From contig OZ024764.1 in assembly GCA_964016885.1 (NCBI GenBank), forward strand, positions 3,906,001 through 3,970,000: 64,000 nt of DNA, read 5' to 3'. Shown piece by piece: positions 54,063-64,000 of this stretch. Source of the DNA: Eledone cirrhosa (Eukaryota). Position numbers and translations under genes: made by a program. Under the pieces are notes generated by a model that searched no databases, was not told the origin of the DNA, and saw only the letters and a list, made by a program, of their open reading frames with translations. Positions within the stretch are counted from its first letter, which is position 1; the number at the start of each line of letters is the position of its first letter.

Positions 54063-54344
54063 ATTAACACTTAGAATTTAATATTCTATCATACTATTTC
54101 ATTATAATACCATTATATATATTTTAAAGGATTGTAAATAAAACGAGTAAATCAGACAAAGTTGGAATTCCTCTTATTAATATAATCTTCTATACACAAT
54201 CATACACACCCGTGTATATTTACCTATCTATATCTATATATATATATATATATATACATGCACATTTGTATGTATATACAAACATATATATGTGTATATA
54301 TATATATATATATACATGCACATTTGTATGTATATACAAACATA

Positions 54345-54387
<43 letters not shown>

Positions 54388-54433
54388 GAAATAACAGGAG
54401 ACTGGACTTGTGTAAATCCTTGAAAGGTTTATT

Positions 54434-54491
54434 ATACCATGATCATTTCAATGACCGGGTTCCATATGAATCCGGTGATATCATCAGGTAT
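54434..54491 (-). ncRNA. Hammerhead-like motif, probably inactive (G at cleavage position)
   Basis: Minus: ATAC-CTGATGA-TATCACCGG...CCGGTCATT-GAAA-TGATCA-TG-GTAT; palindromic ATGATCAT. Confidence 0.5.
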
Positions 54492-54726
54492 TGGAATATA
54501 AGAAAGGAATATCTAAAAAGCCATGGGACCATGGGTCCGAAAAATCAGAGACAGAGACAGAGAGGACGACTGACCAGCTAGCTTCTCAGTCAGCCGCCCT
54601 CAAAGTCAGGCGGCTGACTGAAAAGCTAGTTGGTCAGTCGTCCTCTCTGTCTCTGTCTCTGATTTTTCAGACCCATGGCTTTTTACATATTCCTTTGTTA
54701 TATTCCAATACCTGATGATATCACCG
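54473..54726. repeat. Fold-back inverted repeat (about 120-bp arms)
   Basis: cggtgatatcatcaggtattgg...cagtcagccgcc / ggcggctgactg...ccaatacctgatgatatcaccg. Confidence 0.9.
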
Positions 54727-55438
54727 TGAAGAGTGAAAAACCACAAATATTGGACGTGGTCCATAAAAATGCCTATAAATGTCAAAATATAACGGAAAAT
54801 ATAATAAAAAAAGAGGGAGAGTCTTATGCGAAGGGGCGTCTAATAGGCCAGCAAATACGGTATAATGTTGTTGATAAGTTAGTGTTAAATATATATTGCC
54901 ATGAAAAAAGCCATTAAAAAACCACGGAAGATATTTACAATTCTGTGAATATTTGGTGGTTTCCACAAACAATTATTTGTTTGGTTCTGAGGAAAATTCC
55001 GCAAATAACCCCAGGACTGTGAATGCCAGGGGTACACAGTATATCATCATCATCATCATTCATTTCATTTTACGTCCACTTTTCCCTGCTTGCAAGGGTG
55101 GGACGGGACCTGATTCTGGCTTGATTTCTACAGCTGGATGCCCTTCCTAACACCAACCTCATTTACAGTGAGTGCTGGGTGCTTTTTTGCCGTGGCACCC
55201 CCACGACCACTTTACAGTGAGTGCTGGGTGCTTTTTTGCCATGGCACCTATATATATTAAAATAACAGATTAAAGTTTAAGTAAAGAATCGCTGCTTTCA
55301 CCCTTAACGGGATCTTCTGAAACTAAAAAAAATCAATGTGAACATACGGTTCTTATATATTTGATATATATTTATCCTATCCTTATCGAGCCCTCTTTGG
55401 ATTTTAGTCTTCAAATTTGTTATTATTACTATATATAA

Positions 55439-55622
55439 GGGCGGTGAATTGGCAGTATCGGTAGAGGGTCGGATATGCTTTCTAGCATAGTTATGTCCCT
55501 TTATGATCTGATTTCAAATCCCGCTGAGGTTAACTTTGCCTTTCATGCATACGGGGTTGATAAAATAAGGTACCAGTAATGCACTGGGTAATTGCTGGCC
55601 TTGTGCCAAAAGTAGAAACAAT
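55439..55622 (+). mobile_element. SINE family B
   Basis: ggcggtgaattggcagtatcggtagag...caaatcccgctgaggttaactttgcctttc...agtagaaacaatt. Confidence 0.82.
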
Positions 55623-55638
55623 TACTATATATATATAT

Positions 55639-55980
55639 GGAGGCACATGGCTTAGTGGTTAGAGCATTGGCCTTGCAATCGAAAGGTTGTGAGTTCAATT
55701 CTCAGACCGGGTGATGTGTTGTTTCCTTGAGCAAGACACTTTATTTCACATTGCTCCAGTTTACTCAGCTGTAGAAATGAGATGATAGGGACTGGGATCC
55801 CTATCATTTCACTGTAAAGTGGTCGTGGAGGTGCCACGGCAAAAAAGCACCCAGCACTCACTGTAAATGAGGTTGGTGTTAGGAAGGGCATCCAGCTGTA
55901 GAAATCAAGCCAGAATCAGTTCCCGTCCCACCCTTGCAAGCAGGGAAAAGTGGACATAAAATGATGATGAATGATGATGA
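55639..55980 (+). mobile_element. tRNA-derived SINE family A, full length, (GAT)n tail
   Basis: A box tggcttagtgg, B box gagttcaattc, RTE-like 3' region, atgatgatg tail. Confidence 0.88.
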
Positions 55981-56389
55981 ATGAATATATATATATATGT
56001 GTGTGTATGTATGTGTATATTTACCCATTCAACAACAACAAGCCTTGGAAGTAAACACTATTTTGTAATTTTTTAAAACTATTTTTTTTAATATATTTCT
56101 TACATCTATTTTTTCCATCTGGATTAATCCGGAGTTTGCCGGTTCAAATTTCAGCTGAAATACATATCAAAATAAATAAATGATTATGTGAATAAATATT
56201 TTTTTCATATTTTTGTATTAAAGAGCACTATGTTGTTGTTGTTTTTATTTAGTATTCTTTTGTGTAAAAGGTTTAAAAGGTTGGCTTCTTCTTGTCGTGT
56301 CCACAAGAGAATGAGTTACTAGCTTGGCTAGATGTGGTTCAGCTGAACACATTGCTGTCCTTTCTCATTGAACTCTGCCAAGTCCAATA

Positions 56390-56790
56390 CTGTACAGGGT
56401 GGTTCCAGCAGGGGTGTTTCAATACTGTGCAGGGGTGTTCCAGCAGGGATGTTTCAATACTGTGCAGGGGTGTTCCAATGCTGTGCAGGGGTGTTCCAAA
56501 CCTGTGCAGGGGTGTTCCAATGCTGTGCAGGGGTGTTCCAGCTGGGATGTTACAAACCTGTGCAGGGGTGTTCCAAACCTGTGCAGGGATGTTCCAATGC
56601 TGTGCAGGGGTGTTCCAGCTGGGATGTTCCAAACCTGTGCAGGGGTGTTCCAGCTGGGATGTTCCAAACCTGTGCAGGGGTGTTCCAGCTGGGATGTTCC
56701 AAACCTGTGCAGGGGGTGTTCCAGCAGGGGACATATCAGGAGGTGCTGTGCAGGGGTGGTCCAGCAAGGGGACATATCAGGAGGTGCTGT
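56390..56790. repeat. GC-rich minisatellite ctgtgcaggggtgttcc(...)
   Basis: Direct inspection. Confidence 0.9.
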
Positions 56791-56944
56791 GTAATCTGTG
56801 GTTCAATGTCTCAGTCTCACACAATGTCCCCATCCTTTAAATATCCCCATTTTGCCAGATTGACATTTGCACGTCCAACACCAGATCTTGGTCTGAAGGG
56901 CCAACAAAACGTACATACCTGATATGGCACCGTTCTAGTAACTG

Positions 56945-57648
56945 GTTGATTGCCAGTATCAATAGAGAGTCGGACGCCATGCTTTCCAGCATAGAGTTAC
57001 GTCCCTTTACGGTCTGAGTTCAAATCCCGTCAAGGTTAACTTTGCCTTTCATTCTTACGGGGTCGATAAAATAAAGTACCTGTAATGCACTGGGGTAATT
57101 GCTGGCCTTGTGCCAAATATAGAAACAATTATATTACTGATTCTTAGTCCAAATCCCACCGAGGTTAACTTTGCCTTTCATCCTTACGAGGTCAATAAAA
57201 TAAAGTACCAGTAATACACTGGGGTAATTGCTGGCCTTGTGCCAAATAGTAGAAACAATTATATTACTGATTCTGAGTTCAAATCCCACCGAGGTCAACT
57301 TTGCCTTTCATCCTTACGGGGTCAATAAAATAAAGTACCAGTAATGCACTGGGGTAATTGCTGGCCTTGTGCCAAATAGTAGAAACAATTATATTACTGA
57401 TTCTGAGTTCAAATCCCACTGAGGTTAACTTTGCCTTTCATCCTTATGAGGTCGATGAAATAAAGTACCAGTAATGTACTGGTAATTGCTGGCCTTGTGC
57501 CAAATAGTAGAAACAATTATATTACTGATTCTGAGTTCAAATCCCACCGAGGTTAACTTTGCCTTTCATCCTTACGGGGTCGATAAAATAAAGTACCTGT
57601 AATGTACTGGGTAATTGCTGGCCTTGTGCCTAAAGTAGAAACAATTAT
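56945..57648 (+). mobile_element. SINE family B whose 3' ~121 bp is tandemly repeated 5 times
   Basis: ttcaaatcccaccgaggttaactttgcctttcatcc...tagaaacaattatattactga repeated. Confidence 0.88.
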
Positions 57649-58129
57649 TCTATTCAAACTCGCCCTACGGACTTGAGTTGTTCTATACCTCGTAGGAAAG
57701 AACAAAAGAGTGACATAAAATAACAAAATCAGTCACAGAATGTGTGACAAAAGAGCCTTGACAGTATATAAACAACCATCTGCTTATTAAACCAACCAAC
57801 CAGAAATTTATAATAAATTGAAGGGAAAACCAACACGTGCATGTGTTTTTATTGGCAACATGACCCTCCCAAAGTATAACAATATCTGTTTGAACACACG
57901 TTTTCAGATAAGAAATCTTGCAAAACAAATTCCCAAAACGAATTATATATATAAAGGTAATCCAGTCAGAGTTTCTGAATACTTTGTATTGTGGATAGTT
58001 TTAGCGTACGGCGTTGTTTGACTCAACAAGGGGTTTCCGTCGGTGGTGAGTTTATGAGTTCACTTGTATTCCTATGTAAGTTTATCTTGGAGTAATAATA
58101 TTGAAAGAGTGAAGAATAACATGGTCAAC

Positions 58130-58572
58130 AGTACAACACTCTTGTACGGAAGTGAAACATGGCACCTTAAGACCAGCCAAGAGAAGAAGTTGGACGCATT
58201 CGATTCCAGGTGTCTGCGAAAGATCCTGGGGATTAAATGGGGTGACCATGTAACAGACCGGGAAGTCAGGAACCGCACCAACCAGCAGCTAGTCTCTTCT
58301 GCCATCTGCAAGCGACGCCTGGGCTGGTTTGGGCACGCTTTGAGACTTCCCCCGGAGAGACTGGCGAACCAAGTACTTAAATGGAGCCCGCAGGGAAGCA
58401 GACGGAGAGGGCGACCCAAAATGAACTGGTGCCAGTCAGTTGAGAGGGACCTGCGAGCGACAAACAGACAATGGCGGGACGCTGTGCAACTGGCTGCTGA
58501 CCGAACGTGATGGAACACTATGATTGCCTCATGCGTCGCAAGACGCGGGAGCTTCTGAGTCTGAGTCTGAGT
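58130..58572 (+). mobile_element. 5'-truncated RTE-type LINE (third family) with (CTGAGT)n tail, nested in the PLE-like repeat
   Basis: LLYGSETW...RRLGWFGHALR...RRRGRPK; flanked by agtacaa; host sequence resumes as at 9915-9945. Confidence 0.85.
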
Positions 58573-58708
58573 ACAAAAAAGGGTTTTATTTACAGTATTA
58601 ACAATTGTTTCACTGATTAAGTTGTCTAAAAATTGCTGAACACTTGGAGCTGTGCCACTCAATTTTAAATATGTTGTTAGCTTAACCAGATCATCGGAGA
58701 AAACTGAA

Positions 58709-58740
<32 letters not shown>

Positions 58741-58742
<2 letters not shown>

Positions 58743-58853
58743 GAAAATGTTCAAGACCCCCACGGCAGAGCTCAAGCCGTTTCGACGGAAATAGTCAAGA
58801 AATAGCCGTCGAAACAGCTTGAGCTCTGCCGTCGGTGTCTTGAACATTTTCCT
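58741..58853. repeat. Fold-back hairpin (48-bp arms) next to (TA)n
   Basis: aggaaaatgttcaagac...gtttcgacgg / ccgtcgaaac...gtcttgaacattttcct. Confidence 0.88.
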
Positions 58854-59068
58854 GTTACCCACTCTATAACCCAAAGTATTAAGTACTCTGGTGCGTTATG
58901 GTCCACCACACTTCCTTCGTTATATATATATATGTATAATGTGTGTGTTAAGTATTTCTGTAGAAAAGGTAAAGGAAAGAAAAGTGCTCAATGTATAGTA
59001 CAGAGCTATTTAATTATATAATAAACAACGCAATATAATTATATGTTGTTGTTTATTATATATATATA

Positions 59069-59876
59069 TCATCATCATCATTATCATCATCATCATTTTA
59101 CGTCTGCTTTTCCCTGCTTGCAAGGGTGGGACGGGTCTTATTCAGCACAGCATCTCTCCACTCTTCACGGTCCTTCGTCATCTCCACCGTGAGCTTCAAT
59201 GATCTGAGGTCTGCTCTCACCACCTCCGTCCATGTTTTTCGTGGTCTACCTCTACCACGTCTTCCTTCAACTGGCATTTCCTGGCACTTCTTCACCCATC
59301 GGTCATCCTCCATGCGCATCACATGTCCATACCACCTCAGTCTCCTCTCCCGTACACTACATTCTATCCCTCTCAGACACAGTTTCTCTCTCAACACATC
59401 ACATGTCCATACCACCTCAGTCTCCTCTCCCGTACACTACATTCTATCCCTCTCAGACACAGTTTCTCTCTCAACACATCACATGTCCATACCACCTCAG
59501 TCTCCTCTCCCGTACACTACATTCTATCCCTCTCAGACACAGTTTCTCTCTCAACACATCACATGTCCATACCACCTCAGTCTCCTCTCCCGTACACTAC
59601 ATTCTATCTCTCTCAGACACAGTTTCTCTCTCAACACATCACATGTCCATACCACCTCAGTCTCCTCTCCCGTACACTACATTCTATCTCTCTCAGACAC
59701 AGTTTCTCTCTCAACACATCACATGTCCATACCAACGCAGTCTCCTCTCCCGTACACTACACTCTATCCCTCTCAGACACAGTTTCTCTCTCAACACATT
59801 TATGCTGGGTCGTTCACGCACATTTACACTGCACATCCAACAGAGCATGCTTGCCTCATTTCTCTCCAGCCGTCGC
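59069..59876 (-). mobile_element. RTE LINE 3' end with an 80-bp coding segment amplified about 6 times
   Basis: RERRLRWYGHVMRM...RGRPRKTW...DREEWR; agtttctctctcaac at 59381, 59461, 59541, 59621, 59701 and 59781. Confidence 0.9.
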
Positions 59877-59889
59877 TATATATATATAT

Positions 59890-60462
59890 AAATATTTCGT
59901 TTCTGGATTTGTTGAGCAAGATTCTTTATCTGAAAACGTGTATTGAAACGGATATTGTTATACTTTGGGAGGGTCATGTTGCCAATAAGAAACACATGCA
60001 CCAGTTGCTTTCACTTCAGTTTATCATAAAGTAAATTTATAAATTTCTGGTTGGTTGGTTCCACAACCAGACGATTGTTCATATATTGTCAAAGTTCTTT
60101 CGTCACACATTCTGTGACCTCTTCAGTGACTGGGGATTCTTTTCTTTGTTTTTGTGCCTCTCCTTTGTTCTGTCCTACGCAATCTTGTTTTTGTGTGTGT
60201 GTTGTGTGATTAGTTTGCGCATGTGTTACATCCGGGTGTCTGTGTGTGTTTATATTTATTTATTTATTTGTTTATTTCCAATATTACTGGTTGGTTGTTT
60301 GTTCTATGTGTGTGTTTTCATTTTGTCATTAATTGTAAGTTGTGATGTTGCTATTCCATTCATGTTTTCTATTTAATTTTGGTTGAAGAGGTCACAGAAT
60401 GTGTGACGAAAGAACTTTGACAATGTATGAACAATCGTCTGGTTGTGGAACCAACCAACCAA
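59890..60462. mobile_element. PLE-like unit with inverted segment (about 60048-60125 vs 60385-60462); inverted relative at 57720-57950
   Basis: Reverse-complement matches seen directly; contains a hammerhead. Confidence 0.6.
60088..60130 (-). ncRNA. Minimal hammerhead ribozyme motif
   Basis: Minus: GTCA-CTGAAGA-G-GTCACA gaatg TGTGAC-GAAA-GAAC-TT-TGAC; 4-bp stem I, 6-bp stem II. Confidence 0.65.
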
Positions 60463-61177
60463 GCGGAAATTTATAAATTTAATTTATAATAAATTAGTTT
60501 TAAAAGGGGTGGGGGAGAAACGTGAGGAAATGGAATTTTTTTGGAGAAACAGGTGAAAATATAAGCAGAAAATAAACAAATAAAATAATCAAAAAATAAA
60601 ATAGAAAAATAATCAAAAAATGGACAGAAAATCGGTGACTGGAAGAGAAAAGGTTTTTGGGAAGTCCAGAAGTTGCGATAGTAAATATATACATACATTT
60701 ATATATATGTGTATATATAGAATAAGAAAAAGCGTAGTTTCAGATGTTAAAGTACTTTAGTGTTAATACTGTGATACATATTTCAATGGCGACAGTGTAT
60801 ATATATATATATATGTGTGTGTGTATATATATACACATATATATATATTATGGAATACTGTTGGCTTTTTGCTACAATATTTTCTATACCTTTCATTTAT
60901 ATATATATATAGTTAAATATTAGACAGGAACAAAAAACTGAGAGGCAGTACAAATGGTAGTTTATTAGGTTCACGCTTTTGAGGGTGGGGGACATATTTA
61001 TATATATGAATGTATATATATTTATATATAATATATATATACATTTATATATGCATATCTATAAAACCAAAGATTAATATGGTTCATTGATTACTCAATG
61101 AATATAGTTTTACAATAGATTAAAAGCACTCTACAAAAAAAAATTTTTCTGGAGTTATTATTATTCAGAATAATAAT

Positions 61178-61280
61178 TGTTTCTTCTTTAGGCACAAGGC
61201 CAGCAAATACCTAGTACATTACTGGTACTTTATTTTATCGACCCCGTAAGGATGAAAGGCAATAAAAAACCTCGGCGTGA
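61178..61280 (-). mobile_element. 5'-truncated SINE family B with ~18-bp TSD
   Basis: attattcagaataataat on both sides. Confidence 0.8.
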
Positions 61281-61337
61281 TTATTCAGAATAATAATAAA
61301 TGAAGATGTTTTATTATATATGTTTAGTTTTATATGT

Positions 61338-61399
61338 TTTTATTATATATATTTCGAAGGTACTGTGCTATTTTTTCAGTACGTTCTCGTCAGATAAAA
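61338..61399 (-). ncRNA. Type-I hammerhead ribozyme motif (AUA site)
   Basis: Minus: TTTTAT-CTGACGA-GAACGTACTG...CAGTACCTTC-GAAA-TATATA-TA-ATAAAA; G-C closing pair. Confidence 0.78.
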
Positions 61400-62444
61400 T
61401 ACATGTATTGATGTATGAACGGTCTTGATGTATTAGCAGTCATATATTGTGTATATCTATATTTATTTAAATATTATTGTGTATATATATATCTATATTT
61501 ATATGAGCTAGAGAGGGGGAGAGGCATGATGTGATAGTGAGAGAGTGAGTGGAAGCTGTAGTTATATCTGGTGTCCGTGTGTCGAAGGCAGCCATTTCTG
61601 AACAGTTTAGAATTATTCCAAACTGGCTGACAGTATAACCACTGCACTCTTACTCATTGAGCAAGACCAACATCAACGTAAGTAGCCGCCATGTTGTGGC
61701 CTTTATTCATTTCCTCTTTCACTTAGGTTTTTTTTCCATTCATTCCCTCCGCTTTTACTCTTTCTTTTTTGCCAACCCCCTCTCTCTCTCTCTTATCTAT
61801 GTTTCATTCACGTTTCCCTCTTCCCATTCCTCTAACTATTTGTTTACCTTTTCTCTTTACTGCACCTCTATCTTCTGCTTTTATTCTTTCTTTCCCCCTC
61901 CTTGTTTTCCTCTTACTGTTCGTTTATCTTTTCTCTTTACAGCGTTCCCTCTCTTTCTCCCTTTTTACTTTCACTCTTTCTTTTTCTTTCCCTCTCTGTT
62001 CATATTTACTCTTTTTACTTTTCTCCCCCTCTGTCTTATTGTACTTCTTCTCGCCTCTCTCTCTTTCTCCCTCCCTCATATTTTATACACGTTCCCTCTC
62101 CTCCTTCATCGGAAGACAAAGACATCCTCTACGTGGTCACTCGATATGCTAGAAATAACAGCCACATCGTCCATGAAAATGACAAAAATTAACAACAAAA
62201 CTCGTCATTAGAGTAGTTATAGATATATTGTCTGTAAATAAATAAAAAAAAAAGGAAGAGGCTATGTAGCCGGTCCCGGTAATATAGACTCCTAGGCTAT
62301 ATAGCCGGTAAGAGTGTCAGAAATCACGACTTGCTGCTTTATACTGTCCGAGTTGAGACAATTTGAAATATTTTCCACCATCAATAGTTAATAAACAAGT
62401 TAAAATCATTTAGTCGTCCATTGGTAACGTATGTTAGACTTTAG

Positions 62445-64000
62445 TTACATACACACATCTACAGGTAGATATATAGACAGATAGAGACAAGAGAGGTGTA
62501 AACCTACATATACACACATCTACAGGTAAATATATAGACAGATAGAGACAAGAGAGGTGTAAACCTACATATACACACATCTACAGGTAGATATATAGAC
62601 AGATAGAGACAAGAGAGGTGTAAACCTACATACACACACATCTACAGGTAAATATAGAGACAAGAGAGGTGTAAACCTACATATACACACATCTACAGGT
62701 AAATATAGAGACAAGAGAGGTGTAAACCTACATATACACACATCTACAGGTAAATATATAGACAGATAGAGACAAGAGAGGTGTAAACCTACATATACAC
62801 ACATCTACAGGTAGATATATAGACAGATAGAGACAAGAGAGGTGTAAACCTACATATACACACATCTACAGGGAGATATATAGACAGATAGAGACAAGAG
62901 AGGTGTAAACCTACATATACACACATCTACAGGTAAATATATAGACAGATAGAGACAAGACAGGTGTAAACCTACATATACACACATCTACAGGTAAATA
63001 TATAGACAGATAGAGACAAGAGAGGTGTAAACCTACATATACACACATCTACAGGTAGATATATAGACAGATAGAGACAAGAGAGGTGTAAACCTACATA
63101 TACACACATCTACAGGTAGATATATAGACAGATAGAGACAAGACATGTGTAAACCTACATATACACACATCTACAGGTAAATATATAGACAGATAGAGAC
63201 AAGAGAGGTGTAAACCTACATATACACATCTACAGGTAGATATATAGACAGATAGAGACAAGACATGTGTAAACCTACATATACACACATCTACAGGTAG
63301 ATATATAGACAGATAGAGACAAGAGAGGTGTAAACCTACATATACACACATCTACAGGTAAATATATAGACAGATAGAGACAAGAGAGGTGTAAACCTAC
63401 ATATACACACATCTACAGGTAGATATATAGATAGATAGAGACAAGAGAGGTGTAAACCTACATATACACACATCTACACGTAAATATATAGACAGATAGA
63501 GACAAGAGAGGTGTAAACCTACATATACACACATCTACAGGTAAATATATAGACAGATAGAGACAAGAGAGGTGTAAACCTACATATACACACATCTACA
63601 GGTAAATATATAGACAGATAGAGACAAGAGAGGTGTAAACCTACATATACATACATCTACAGGTAAATATATAGACAGATAGAGACAAGAGAGGTGTAAA
63701 CCTACATATACATACATCTACAGGTAGATATATAGACAGATAGAGACAAGACCGGTGTAAACCTACATATACACACATCTACAGGTAGATATATAGACAG
63801 ATAGAGACAAGAGAGGTGTAAACCTACATATATACACATCTACAGGTAAATATATAGACAGATATAGACAAGAGAGGTGTAAACCTACATACACACACAT
63901 CTACAGGTAGATATATAGACAGATAGAGACAAGAGAGGTGTAAACCTACATATACACACATCTACAGGTAGATATATAGACAGATAGAGACAAGACAGGT
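62445..64000. repeat. 61-bp minisatellite (runs off window end)
   Basis: aggtgtaaacctacatatacacacatctacaggtagatatatagacagatagagacaagag; reverse complement of 15949-16355. Confidence 0.96.

Larger units (their letters stand above)
53806..54184. repeat. Inverted repeat with 186-bp arms and a 7-nt loop, inserted in a (TA)n/minisatellite
   Basis: Left arm ends ...cagtcgagtttg, loop caatttt, right arm starts caaactcgactg...; no mismatch found by eye. Confidence 0.95.

Noticed and set aside
55639-55710. tRNA gene
   Set aside because: A/B boxes are present but no full cloverleaf; continues into SINE body and tail and is multi-copy

Overview
Repeat-rich, AT-rich animal genomic DNA. The intronless C2H2 arrays, SINE/RTE families and (TA)n load suggest a coleoid cephalopod (Octopus-like), but this is an inference. 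Genes: two divergently oriented single-exon C2H2 zinc-finger genes (13.4-14.3 kb on minus, 10 fingers; 21.3-22.4 kb on plus, 12 fingers) and a complete 8-exon WRNIP1/MgsA AAA+ ATPase gene (28644-53450, plus, about 645 aa, all introns GT-AG with consistent phases). The rest is RTE and Tx1/L1 LINE fragments, two SINE families, a mariner-type transposase relic, a Helitron, piggyBac-like MITEs, and many satellites that give spurious long ORFs. The main unexplained signal is about 10 type-I hammerhead-ribozyme motifs (CUGANGA, stem II, GAAA, palindromic stem III, NUH, stem I). They lie in short, sequence-unrelated units, mostly next to (TA)n tracts and often folded back as long inverted repeats. 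This architecture fits Penelope-like (PLE) pseudo-LTR or retrozyme remnants. One motif is sense in WRNIP1 intron 1, a back-to-back pair lies in a 186-bp hairpin just after the WRNIP1 stop, and several share an unusual U-U closing pair on stem II. Other oddities: a LINE insertion that duplicated the WRNIP1 exon-7 acceptor, a ~410-bp apparently identical inverted segment shared by the two diverged ZNF genes, and the same 80-bp RTE segment tandemly amplified at two loci.
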